From an uncultured Chloroflexia bacterium (GTDB taxonomy: Bacteria > Chloroflexota > Limnocylindria > QHBO01): a DNA stretch of 64,000 bases. Both the position numbers and the translations under genes were made by a program. The notes under the pieces were generated by a model. The model was not told the origin of the DNA, made no database searches, and worked only from the letters and a program-made list of their open reading frames with translations. The stretch covers positions 2,674 through 66,673 of the forward strand of contig CAWAHY010000003.1 of assembly GCA_963782015.1 (NCBI GenBank), given 5' to 3'. Below, in pieces: positions 8,585 to 17,901 of this stretch (positions are counted from its first letter, which is position 1; every line of letters begins with the position of its first letter).

Positions 8585-9375
8585 GCACCCACGAGCGCAT
8601 CTACCGGCGACTCCTATCGGTCTATCCGGCGTCCTTCCGGGCCCGATACGCAGAGCCGATGGCGCAGCTCTTCGCCGACCAGCTGCGCGACGCGCACGGC
8701 CGGCGGCTCAGCCTGTGGGCACGGACGGTCGGCGACCTCTTCACCTCGGCCGTTTCGCAACACCTGGAAAGGGATCGAACCGTGGCCCATTCAGCCGCTC
8801 CCATGCCGACCTTCTCGGCCCGTGCGCTCGGCATCGCCGGCGTCCTGGCGGGGATCGTCCTGATCGTTCCGTACGTGGTGACCATCGACGAGACGTGGTT
8901 CCCGCCGCGGATCATCCTCTTCAACGCCTTCGTGATCGCGGTGGCGGTGGGGCTGTATCGCCGCCAGGCGGCCGCCTCGCCGCGGCTGGCCGCCGTGGCC
9001 ACCGCAGTCGTGTTGGTTGCCAACGCCTGGTACCTCGGCATGGTCGCGCTGGGCTTGAGCGACGCGAACCCGTTCGGCGGCGCGCTCGGCACCGTGTGGC
9101 TCATCTCCGGCCTCTTCCTGTGGGGCGCGGCGGCGATCTATGGGGCAGCGTCCCTGGCCATCGGCGCCTTTTCGCGGTGGGGACCGATCCTGCTGGTGAT
9201 CGGCTCCGTCCTGACCGCCACCGGGATCGACCGGCTGGGGCTCGCCAGCGGCGACTCGATCTTCGGGGTCCTTTCGCAGGTCGGCGGCGTGATGCACGGG
9301 GTTGGCTGGATCGTGCTTGGCGTGGAGCTGGCGCTGGGCGTCTCGCGGAGGGGCGCGGCCACGCCATCGGCCTAG
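8581..9375 (+). CDS. Integral membrane protein coupled to PadR (unknown function)
   Basis: ATGA overlap with the padR stop. Cytoplasmic N-terminus 'ERIYRRLLSVYPASFRARYAEPM' followed by ~6 hydrophobic helices. Confidence 0.7.
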   Translation: MSTHERIYRRLLSVYPASFRARYAEPMAQLFADQLRDAHGRRLSLWARTVGDLFTSAVSQHLERDRTVAHSAAPMPTFSARALGIAGVLAGIVLIVPYVVTIDETWFPPRIILFNAFVIAVAVGLYRRQAAASPRLAAVATAVVLVANAWYLGMVALGLSDANPFGGALGTVWLISGLFLWGAAAIYGAASLAIGAFSRWGPILLVIGSVLTATGIDRLGLASGDSIFGVLSQVGGVMHGVGWIVLGVELALGVSRRGAATPSA

Positions 9376-9390
9376 GTCGGCAGCGGGGCG

Positions 9391-9545
9391 GTGTACGCCC
9401 AGCGAGCGTATCCGCCAAGCAGCCGACGCTTCGGGCGCGAATCCGGCCTCTCGTTGCCGGCTGTGCTCGCCTGGCGAGCGCCAGAGACAAGAACTGCCCC
9501 GGAATGCCCCGCCGTTGGTGGATACGCTCGCTGAGCGTACGCGGG
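9391..9545. repeat. Family-B palindromic-unit cluster 2
   Basis: Units TACGC-CCAGCGA-GCGTA (9394-9410), GCTCGC-CTG-GCGAGC (9465-9479), TACGCTC-GC-TGAGCGTA (9523-9539). Confidence 0.7.
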
Positions 9546-9627
9546 GGCACGGACGGCCCGCTTGACGGCGCTTCCTACCATGTCCGTGCCGCAACAGGGC
9601 GGCGGCGGAGGAGAGGTGGAGGGCAGC

Positions 9628-11136
9628 ATGGCTGCAACCAGCATGTCCGGCACGGGCGCCGAGTCCCAGGGGCTCCAGCGCAACGCGATTGGCATCGTCG
9701 AGGTCCTGTTCCAGTCGATCACGCACATGGCGCCGGCCGTGGCCGTGGCCCTGTCGATCGGCGCGGCGACCGGGTTCGCCGGCAAGCTCACCCCGCTGGC
9801 GGTGGTCTTCGCCATGGTGGCGTGCCTCTTCACGGCCTATTCGATTGGGCAGCTCGCCAAGCACCTGCCATCGGCGGGGGGCATGTACACCTACGTCACG
9901 CGTGGGCTCGGGCCCTTCTTCGGCTGGCTCATGGCCTGGGCCTTCGCCCTGGCGGAGCCCCTCGTGGCACCGATCCTGCTGGCCGCCTTCGGCTTCTTCG
10001 GCGCCAACTTCCTGACCGCCTACCTCGGCATCGGCGGGGGATTCACCTACCTGTGGGTGGTGTTGGCGGTCGTCTGCGGGCTGCTGATGTGGTGGCTCAT
10101 CTACAGCGGCGTGCAGCTCTCGACGCGCACCGGCGTGCTGCTGGGCCTGATCGAGGTCTCGATCTTCGTCCTCGTCTCGGTCCTGCTCATCGTCAAGGCC
10201 GGCGACCGGAACACGCTCGACGTCTTCATCCCGGGTGCCGATGGCGTGAAGCCCGCCTTCCAGGGGATGATCTTCTGCCTGCTGGCCTTCATCGGCTTCG
10301 AGGCGGCCGCCCCGCTGGGGGAGGAGGCGCGCGAGCCGCGCCGCACGATTCCCAAGGCCGTCCTCTGGTCGACCCTGGGCGTCGGCGCGTTCTACGTGCT
10401 GTGCTACTACGCCGCGACCGTCTACTTCGGCGTCGACCGCATGGGCGAGTTCTACGCGTTCAACGGCGGCGACCCCTGGAACTTCCTGGGGACCGAGGTG
10501 CTCGGGACGCTGGGCGGCATCCTCGTGCTCTTCGCGATCATCAACAGCTCACTCGCCAACGCCAACTCGGGCGCCACCGCGGCGACCCGTTCGCTCTTCG
10601 CGATGGGGCGCGGCGGGCTGCTGCCAAAGATGTTCGCGGCCGTGCATCCGACGCACCGCACGCCGGTCAACGCGATCCATTTCCAGGTGCTGCTGGCCAT
10701 CGTCGTGGCGGTGGGCGGCGGGCTGTACCTGGCCAACGATCCGTACGAGGGCCTGGGCCCGATCAACATCTACGTCTTCATCGGCACCATGCTGGGCCTG
10801 CTCTTCGCGGGCATGTACATGGCCGTGAATCTGGCGGTGATCGGGTTCTACCTGCGCGAGAAGCGAGACGAGTTCAACGTGATCAAGCATCTGCTGATCC
10901 CGGTCCTCGGTGTGCTCGCCATGATCCCGGCCCTGATGTCGGTGATTGGCGGGCTGACGATCCCGTTCTTCGACATCACGCTGGATCCCTACCCGAACGC
11001 GCTGCGCTTCACGGCGCCGATCGTGGGAGCGTGGATGGTGCTGGGCATCGTCATCTTCATCGTGCTGTGGCTCAGGAACCGGGCAGCGCTGACGAGGATG
11101 GGCGAGATCTACGGCGGAGAGAGCTCCGGGGAGTAG
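9628..11136 (+). CDS. APC-superfamily amino acid/polyamine permease
   Basis: ~12 TM helices, 'GIVEVLFQSITHMAPA' N-terminal region typical of APC transporters. Alternative starts at 9562 (TTG) and 9580 (ATG); 9628 follows a GGAGG-rich tract. Confidence 0.85.
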   Translation: MAATSMSGTGAESQGLQRNAIGIVEVLFQSITHMAPAVAVALSIGAATGFAGKLTPLAVVFAMVACLFTAYSIGQLAKHLPSAGGMYTYVTRGLGPFFGWLMAWAFALAEPLVAPILLAAFGFFGANFLTAYLGIGGGFTYLWVVLAVVCGLLMWWLIYSGVQLSTRTGVLLGLIEVSIFVLVSVLLIVKAGDRNTLDVFIPGADGVKPAFQGMIFCLLAFIGFEAAAPLGEEAREPRRTIPKAVLWSTLGVGAFYVLCYYAATVYFGVDRMGEFYAFNGGDPWNFLGTEVLGTLGGILVLFAIINSSLANANSGATAATRSLFAMGRGGLLPKMFAAVHPTHRTPVNAIHFQVLLAIVVAVGGGLYLANDPYEGLGPINIYVFIGTMLGLLFAGMYMAVNLAVIGFYLREKRDEFNVIKHLLIPVLGVLAMIPALMSVIGGLTIPFFDITLDPYPNALRFTAPIVGAWMVLGIVIFIVLWLRNRAALTRMGEIYGGESSGE

Positions 11137-11145
11137 CTCCGGCGG

Positions 11146-11326
11146 GTGGATACGGCTCCATGTACGCCTAGCGGGCACATCCGACAGGCACGCGATGATT
11201 CGGGCCCGATTCGGCCCTCTCCTTGGCCTTGGTGTTCGCTGAGCGCACGTGGGCGGCAAGATGGGCGAATCTGGGCGGCCTGCTTGCCGGTTGTGCTCGC
11301 CCAGCGTGCACGCTCGGCGAAGACGG
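11146..11326. repeat. Family-B palindromic-unit cluster 3
   Basis: Units around 11146-11178, 11231-11249 (GTTCGCTGAGCGCAC) and 11291-11319 (GTGCTCGCCCAGCGTGCACGCTCGGCG). The flank 'cttgccggttgtgctcgcc' matches cluster 2. Confidence 0.65.
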
Positions 11327-11336
11327 GTGCCGACCC

Positions 11337-11771
11337 TCAGTCGCCGCCCCCGAACGTGGCGATCAGGCCCCCGATGAAGGCGGCCTTATCGGCCTCTGAG
11401 AAGCGCGCGTCGGGGTGCAGCAGCAGGTAGTTGAAGGGAGGCATCTTGCCCTCTGACACCATCTCAGCCGCCTCGTCACCCTCGGAGAAGCGCTGCCAGT
11501 CGGTGAAGTTGAGGGCGAGGCGGCCGCGGTCCACGTCGCGCTGGATGAGCCACGAGACCGGCGCGATGTTCGAGTACCACGGCCAGACGGTCTGGTTGGA
11601 GTGGCAGTCGAAGCAGGCGGTCACCGCGTAGGCGCGGGTGGCGGGCGAATCCCAGGCCGGCTCGGCCACGACCGGCGGGTTGGCGTGGTCGCGCCCGTAC
11701 GGGACGAGCTGGATGGCAGCGAAGCCAAGGACCCCCACCAGGCCGATACCGATGACGATGCGCTTCAACAC
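11337..11771 (-). CDS. Membrane-anchored heme-binding-domain protein (CxxCH)
   Basis: GTG start, signal-anchor 'KRIVIGIGLVGVLGFAAIQLV', 'CFDCHSNQTVWPWYSNIAPVSWL' motif. Confidence 0.7.
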   Translation of the reverse strand: MLKRIVIGIGLVGVLGFAAIQLVPYGRDHANPPVVAEPAWDSPATRAYAVTACFDCHSNQTVWPWYSNIAPVSWLIQRDVDRGRLALNFTDWQRFSEGDEAAEMVSEGKMPPFNYLLLHPDARFSEADKAAFIGGLIATFGGGD

Positions 11772-12244
11772 GTGACCTTCTCCAGGTGGACCGCCACGGC
11801 GCCCGCGGAGAGGCGACGCACGTCGGCCTCGGAACGGATCCGCTTGCCGAGGGCAAGGTAGACGAGCTTGAGGTACAGCGGCCGGTCGTGGAAGACCTCT
11901 GCGGCCAGGTCGCCGGCATCTCCGACGCCCACGGTTGCCCGCGCCACGAAGCGTCGGCCGCGATGCGACACCACGCAGGTCGGGTTGGCGAGGAGGTTCT
12001 TCACCCAGCGGGCCTCGAGGCCGTCGGCGGCGATGACCCACAGGCCGCTCGCGTCGCGCCGGGCGACGTCCAGCACCACGCGGCGCGGCTTGCCCGTGCG
12101 CCGGCCGATCGTCTCGATCATGGCCCACGACACCAGCCGACCCAGGCGCAGGTGGAAGAGCAGCTCAGGCGCGCGCATGAACCAGCGCGGGTAGCGCTGG
12201 GTGGGGCGTTCCACGTCGGCGGCGCGCGGGGCGGTGGCGACCAT
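11765..12244 (-). CDS. DUF385/nitroreductase-like deazaflavin (F420)-dependent oxidoreductase family protein
   Basis: 'IGRRTGKPRRVVLDV..VIAADG..RWVKNLLANPTCVV' pattern. 7-nt overlap with the downstream gene. Confidence 0.65.
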   Translation of the reverse strand: MVATAPRAADVERPTQRYPRWFMRAPELLFHLRLGRLVSWAMIETIGRRTGKPRRVVLDVARRDASGLWVIAADGLEARWVKNLLANPTCVVSHRGRRFVARATVGVGDAGDLAAEVFHDRPLYLKLVYLALGKRIRSEADVRRLSAGAVAVHLEKVTC

Positions 12245-12348
12245 GGCCTGGCTCCTCGGGGTGCGGTGCTCGCAGGAGCGTTGCGCGGCAGCGCGGCGGG
12301 GAACAGTGCCGGTTGGCCTGTCGGTGGGGAGGGCGAAGGGCGGAGTCG

Positions 12349-12512
12349 ACGTGCGCTGAGCGTGCACAGCCAAGAAGCAATGCTCGCTGATGACTCCTGC
12401 GAGGCTGACTTGAGGCTGAATGTGCCTCGGATGCACGCTGGGCGTGCGCCAATCGAAAGAAACGACCGAGCGGGGACGCCACTTCGTGGCTGTGCACGCT
12501 GAGCGTGCGCGG
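12349..12512. repeat. Family-B palindromic-unit cluster 4 (ends are inverted copies of each other)
   Basis: GTGCGCTGAGCGTGCACAGCC (12351-12371) is an inverted copy of GGCTGTGCACGCTGAGCGTGCGC (~12489-12510). The central unit is GCACGC-TGG-GCGTGC (12433-12447). Confidence 0.75.
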
Positions 12513-12530
12513 GAGGCAGGGGCGGCGAGC

Positions 12531-13212
12531 CTACCCCGGGATGAGCAGCCGGCCCGCCTCCGCGATCCGACGCATCCACGGCAGCTCCCGCGCAACCGTC
12601 GTCTCGGGGCCATGGCCCGGCAGCACGCGCACCGCGCCGGGCAGCTCGCGCAGCCAGGCGCGCCAGGGAGGCGACCATGGCCGCGTCGTCGCCGCCGGGG
12701 AGATCGGTGCGGCCGTAGGTGCCGGCGAAGAGGACGTCTCCGGCGAGGAGCAGCGCCTCGCGCTCCTCGTACAGGCAGACGGATCCCTCGGTGTGCCCCG
12801 GCAGGTGCAGCACGTCCCACACCAGGTCGCCGATGCGCAGCTGCTCCCCCTCGCGCAGGTCGACCGTGGCCACCGCGCGCTCGATCTCGAAGCCGTAGTT
12901 GTTCGGCGCACTGAGCCGATACGCATCGTCCGGGTGGATCGCCAGCGGCGCCCCCGATGCCCGCATCAGCGGGGCGTTGTCGAAGGTGTGGTCGATGTGC
13001 CCGTGCGAGTTGGCGATGAGGTGCAGCCGCAGCCCGTTGGCAGCGACCCGCTCCATCAGCGGCGCGGCGGCGCCCATGCCGGGGTCGAGCACGAGCGCAT
13101 CGGGCGAGCGGCCGTCCCAGACGAGGTACGCGTTCGCCTGCCACGGCCCGAAGGCGCCGACCTCGAGGTGCGGATGGTGCCCGTCCGCGCGGGCGACGGT
13201 CGGCTCAGTCAT
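12531..13212 (-). CDS. MBL-fold metallo-hydrolase (glyoxalase II-like); one frameshift
   Basis: 'HLIANSHGHIDH' metal motif. C-terminal 'LRELPGAVRVLPGHGPETTV' lies in the frame of ORF 12531-12926. Junction ~12655. Confidence 0.8.
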
Positions 13213-13256
13213 CGGTATCGCGGGACCACGAGCGGGAGCATAGCCGTGGGCTGGCC

Positions 13257-13535
13257 CTACTGGCGCGCGACGAACTCCGCGTTCTCGAGCATCAGCTCGA
13301 CCTGTGCCAGCGCTTCCTGGTAGTCGGCGGCGGTCACGACCATCCTGATGATGAAGACGCCGGACGGCTCGCCCGGCGACGGCACCTCCCAGGTGAACTC
13401 CACGTTCCCTGCCGTCGCGACCAGGTGTTCGGTGCGGATGGCTGCGTGGCCGGCGACCGTCGCGTGGTACATGGTCGGAGGGAGCGAAGGCGAATCAACA
13501 GGGGCGCGCGGGACCCCGCCGCGGACCTCGATCAC
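13257..13535 (-). CDS. Small hypothetical protein (start may be the ATG at 13472)
   Basis: High third-position GC and a non-shadow-like composition ('VFIIRMVVTAADYQEALAQVELMLENAEFVARQ'). No family recognised. Confidence 0.4.
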   Translation of the reverse strand: MIEVRGGVPRAPVDSPSLPPTMYHATVAGHAAIRTEHLVATAGNVEFTWEVPSPGEPSGVFIIRMVVTAADYQEALAQVELMLENAEFVARQ

Positions 13536-13583
13536 GCCGACGAGGAACGTGCCCGGGGGCAGCCGCGTCGTGCAGCGACCGGG

Positions 13584-14588
13584 TTACACATCACCGTTCC
13601 ATCGGCCGCCGGTCCGCACAGGTCCGGGCGGGAACGCCGCGTTGCTGACGAAGGTGCGCCAGTGCGGGACCATCAGCCGACTGGGCCGGCGCCGCCATCT
13701 GGAGCCACCCGGCGGGCGGGGTGAGGCGCAGCTCGAATCCGGGCGGCTCGGGTGGAAGGATGGCCGTGAGGGCCGGGCCGGTTTCCAGCAGACGGGGGAT
13801 GAGCGCCAGATCCGCGGCGTGGTTCACGAAATCCTCGGGTGGCCCGGTGAGCTGCAGGAAGGCGACGCCGTCATCGGTCGAGATGGCGTACAGCACGACC
13901 TGGGTCTCATCGGGCGTCCCAGCCGCGACCAGGACGCGCAGCTCCAGCGCCGTGACCCGCCGGCAGGGAGATTGGCCGGGTCTGATACCGGCCCATGCGG
14001 CGCGCTGTCGATGAACGAACAGCAGCCATGACTCCAGCGACTGACCTGCTCGTGGCTGCTCCGCGGTGGCCGGGCCCCGCGGCCATCAGCGCCCAGCCAG
14101 TTAGGCTCGCCACCGGGGCCTCATTGGCGATAGACCGTGCCATCGACGTCGGAACACCACCAGGTAGGGCGGAAGCGCCACGCGAAGGTCGCGCGTCGAT
14201 CGCGAGGGTCGAGGTCCAGCCGTCAGGCACCGCCGGCCGATCCGGCAGGCGCACCTGGTCGCGGTTGAGGAGCGATCCGGCCACGAATACGGCGCTCGCC
14301 GCCGCGGCGAGCATGACGACCATGACCAGCAGCAGCGCAACCGGCGAGAGCCGTCCGATCGGCCGCGCGCCGTCAGATCGCGCCCTCGACCCGACGATCC
14401 AGGCTCGCGCTCGGGAGGAGCTCGCGACGCCGGCTGATCGCGATGGCATCGGCGCCAAGGCCGTCGTCGAATGCCCGACAGGCGTCGCAGCCTGCCCGAT
14501 GGATCGCCTGCTGGCGCCCCTCCTCACCGGACAGTGGCTGATCGATGGCCCAGGCGGCGAGCGTGCGGAATGCGTCGTGACCGATCAT
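13584..14588 (-). pseudogene. Anti-sigma factor (zf-HC2 N-terminus, TM helix, extracytoplasmic domain), multiply frame-disrupted
   Basis: 'HRAGCDACRAF' zf-HC2 motif (frame of ORF 14373-14642). TM 'LSPVALLLVMVVMLAAAASAVFVAG' is in another frame. Later coding-looking stretches ('ATFAWRFRPTWWCSDVDGTVY', 'TPDETQVVLYAISTDDGVAFLQLTGPPEDF', 'LMVPHWRTFVSNAAFPPGP') are spread over all three frames. Confidence 0.5.
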
Positions 14589-15170
14589 CGGTTCGTCTCC
14601 TGTCGCTGGACCTGCTCGCGGAGCTTGACTCGGGCACGGCACAGCAGCGAGCGGGTCGCCAGCTCACTGCGTCCCAGCGCGTGCGCGATCTCGGGGGTGG
14701 GGCAGCCGTGTGCCGCCATCAGCAGGGCGGCGCGGTCGTCGGTGCGCAGGCGCGCGAGCGCCGCGTGGACCCGATCCGCGTCCTCGCGTCGGAGGTACTC
14801 CTGCTCCGGCGACGCCTCCGACTCGCGAGGCAATCGAGCCACGGGGCCCAGCGCCGAACCGTCTGGCGTCGTCGGGCAGCGCTCACCGCCAGGTTGCCGG
14901 CGACGCGGAAGAGCCACGCTCGGGGGTCGAGGGGGGCTGCACTGCACCTCTGCTTCGCGGAGCAATCTGACGAACGATTCCTGAAGGACGTCGGCTGCCA
15001 GCTCGCCGTCGCGGGTGACGGAGACGAGGAAGGCGTACGAGCTCGCCCTTGTGCTCCTCGTAGGCACGCAGCACGTCGCGGCGGGTATCCGCGCGCGCGC
15101 GCGGAGAGCGTCGCCGGCGCCCGGCCGTGGTGCCGGCGGAATCTGGCTCAGGGGTGACGCGATGGGCCAT
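14585..15170 (-). pseudogene. ECF (sigma-70 family group IV) sigma factor, three frame changes
   Basis: 'DVLRAYEEHKGELV', 'YAFLVSVTRDGELAADVLQESFVRL', 'DPRAWLFRVAGNLAVSAARRR' and 'DDRAALLMAAHGCPTPEIAHALGRSELATRSLLCRARVKLRE' each lie in a different or returning frame. ATGA overlap with the anti-sigma start. Confidence 0.65.
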
Positions 15171-15247
15171 TTGGGATACGACGCCGGAGCGGGGTTCGCG
15201 TTGCATGCTACCCGGCGAGCCGGGCCATCCCGGAGGTCAGCGGCACG

Positions 15248-16062
15248 TCACTGCTCCGACGAGCCGGCTGGACCGATGATGCCGGAGCCGATGGGGGCCA
15301 GGGTCAGGCCGAGGAGGCGAGCCAGCTCATCGGTCAGGCGGTCCTCGACGACAGCCATGTCGACCGGAGTGGCCGAGCTCGCGGGCGAGCGAGGTGACGT
15401 CGCGGTCCGCGATCCCGCACGGGATCATCTCCGCGAACCAGCGCAGGTCCGTGTTGACGTTCAGCGCCAGGCCGTGGGTCGTCACGCCGCGCCGCACGCG
15501 CACGCCGATGGCGGCCAGCTTGCGCCTGCCGTCCACCCAGACGCCGACGAGGCCCGGCTCCAGCTGCGCGGTGACGCCGAAGGCGGCGGCGGTGGCGATG
15601 ACCGCCGCCTCGAGGGAGCGGACGTATCGGCGCAGGTCGAGCGGGTCCCTGAGCTCGACGATGGGGTAGGCCACGATCTGCCCGGGGCCGTGGAAGGTGA
15701 TGTCGCCGCCGCGGTCGACGCGGATGGAACTCCGCGCCCAGCTCGCGCAGGCGCTCCGGGCTGGCCAGCAGGTTGGCCTCGTCCCCGCCGCGGCCGATGG
15801 TGTAGACCGGGAAGTGCTCGACCAGCAGCAGCCGGTCCCCGATCCGCCGGCTGCGGCGCTGCTCGGCCAGCTCGTCCTGCAGCTCCCAGGTGGGGAGGTA
15901 CGCGGCGGTGCCGAGCCGCTGGACGGTCAGCCGCCCGCCGTGGGCCAGGAGGAGGGGCTTCGCGTCGCTCGCCGGCTCGAACGGCGTGTCGCGGCGCGGC
16001 CGGGCCAGGCGCGGCTCGTCCGGCGCCGCCGGGCCGCGGCTGATGTCGCGCATCTGCACCAT
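15248..16062 (-). CDS. lipB: Octanoyltransferase LipB; two frameshifts
   Basis: '[16 protein letters not shown]', then '[44 protein letters not shown]' in a second frame, then the tail '[19 protein letters not shown]' in a third. Junctions ~15722 and ~15367. Confidence 0.85.
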
Positions 16063-16067
16063 GGTTG

Positions 16068-16609
16068 TCAGGAGGTGGCGGTGCCGTGGCCGCCGCGCAG
16101 CCCGCGCAGCGCCTCGATCATGCCGAGGTGGCGGCTGACGTGCGACAGGTGGCGGATCAGCGAGTCGTCGAGCGGGGCCGTCCCGCCGAGCAGGTCATCG
16201 GCGTCCCCCAGGATCGTCTTGTCGTCCAGCCTCGCCGATCGCCTGCTCCAGGTCGGAGAAGGCGCCGCGCAGGTAGGTGGTCAGCTGGTCGCGGCCCGGG
16301 AAGGGGAGGCTGCGCGGCCTGCTCATCGGGCAGCTCCATGCCGGTGTCGCCCTTGCCCTGCTCGGCGGGGAACTCCCACTTGGTGGGCAGTCCCTCGCGT
16401 GTCCAGCGCTGAGGATTGCCGCTGACCGCCTCGGCCCAGCGATCCGCCCAGCGGCCGGCGTGCCACAGGTGAAAGGCGATCGACGGCGAGGTCGGGCCGG
16501 GCTGCCAGGCAGTGTCCTCATCGGTGCAGGCCGATGCGGCTTCGAGGAGGTGGCGGTGGGTGATCGCCATCCGCGCGGCCAGGATGGCGACGTGGTCGCG
16601 GGCTGCCAT
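16068..16609 (-). CDS. DinB-family (four-helix-bundle metalloenzyme-like) protein; two frameshifts
   Basis: 'IAFHLWHAGRWADRW', later 'FPGRDQLTTYLRGAFSDLEQAIGEA' and 'LIRHLSHVSRHLGMIEALRG' in other frames. Junctions ~16320 and ~16230. Confidence 0.6.
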
Positions 16610-17576
16610 CAGACCGCGACCGCCTCGGTGCCGGGAGCGCCGGGGACCTGCTCGGCGGCGTGGTACGAGGAGCGCACCAGCGGCCCGGACTGCACGTGCC
16701 GGAACCCCATCTCCAGCCCGATCCGCCGCAGCGCCACGAACTCGGCGGGGGTGTAGTACTTGTGCAGCGGCAGGTGCTGGCGTGACGGCCGCAGGTATTG
16801 GCCGATGGTCAGCACGTCGATGTCCGCCTCGCGCAGCAGGCCCAGCGCCTCGAGCAGCTCGTCCCAGGTCTCGCCCAGCCCGACCATCAGGCCGGTCTTG
16901 GTCACCATCGGCTCATGACCGATCTCGTTCGCGATGCGCCGGCCATGGGTGAGCACGGAGACGCTGCGGTCCCACTTCGCGCGACGGCGGACCGGCCGCT
17001 GGAGCCGCGGCACCGTCTCGACGTTGTGGTTGAGGATCTCCGGCTGGGCCTCCACGACCGTGCGGATATCGGCCTCGCGCCCGTTCAGGTCGCTGATGAG
17101 CACCTCGATGCTCGTCCCGGGTGAGGCGTCGCGGATCGCCCGGATGGTGCCGGCCACGATGCCGGCCCCGCCATCGGGCAGGTCGTCGCGGGCGACCATG
17201 GTGATCACCGCGTGCTTGAGTCGCATGGCGGCCGCTGCCTCGCCGACGCGGCGCGGCTCGTCGGTATCGGTCTCGGGTGGTCGTCCGGTGTCGATGGCGC
17301 AGAAGCCGCAGTTCCGGGTGCAGACGCTGCCGAGCACCATGAAGGTGGCGGTGCCGAGCGCCCAGCACTCGCCCTGGTTCGGGCAGCGGGCCTCCTCGCA
17401 GACGGTGTGGAGGGACTGCGACCGCATGATGTTGCTGACCTGGGCGTAGGTCTCGCCGACGCCGATCCGGACCTTGAGCCACTCCGGCCGCCGGCCGCCG
17501 GGGCCGGCGTTCTCGGGGATCGGGTCGCCGGGGAAGAGGCCGCCCCGTCGAGCGCCGGGCCGCCGGGGTACATCAC
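16609..17576 (-). CDS. lipA: Lipoyl synthase LipA; one frameshift near the 5' end
   Basis: 'LHTVCEEARCPNQGECW..CTRNCGFC' radical-SAM and auxiliary cluster motifs. The in-frame upstream part ('PEWLKVRIGVGETYAQVSNI') has no start codon. The ATG/GTG at 17573/17576 is in another frame. Junction ~17545 at a C-run. Confidence 0.9.
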
Positions 17577-17725
17577 GTCGGAGGGGGAGTGGTGCCCCTC
17601 GCTCAGGACGGAGAGCTCGCCCAGGGTCGAGAAGTCGCGCTGCGGGTCAAGTGCGAGTCAGTGCCACGCGGGGAGTCTACCCAAGGCCACGCCCGACCGT
17701 CGCGCTGGCCCTGGCTGCGGCCCGT

Positions 17726-17851
17726 GGTCACGCGGTGGCTACATTGGACGAGAAACGGCCCCTTGTCGGCCGCACGGGTCACCAGCTGACCATTCGGGCC
17801 TGGAGCGCCGGCCCTCCAGGCACTTCTCGGCCGTTGGAGTCACGCCGTGAC
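17726..17851 (+). repeat. Family-A element, copy 3 of 5
   Basis: GGTCACGCGGTGGCTACATTGGACGAGA ... TCTCGGCCGTTGGAGTCACGCCGTGAC. 126 nt, same orientation. Confidence 0.8.
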
Positions 17852-17901
17852 GATTCGACCTCGGGCCGAGCCTCACACGACCTTCCCGTAGACTCCGGCC
17901 C

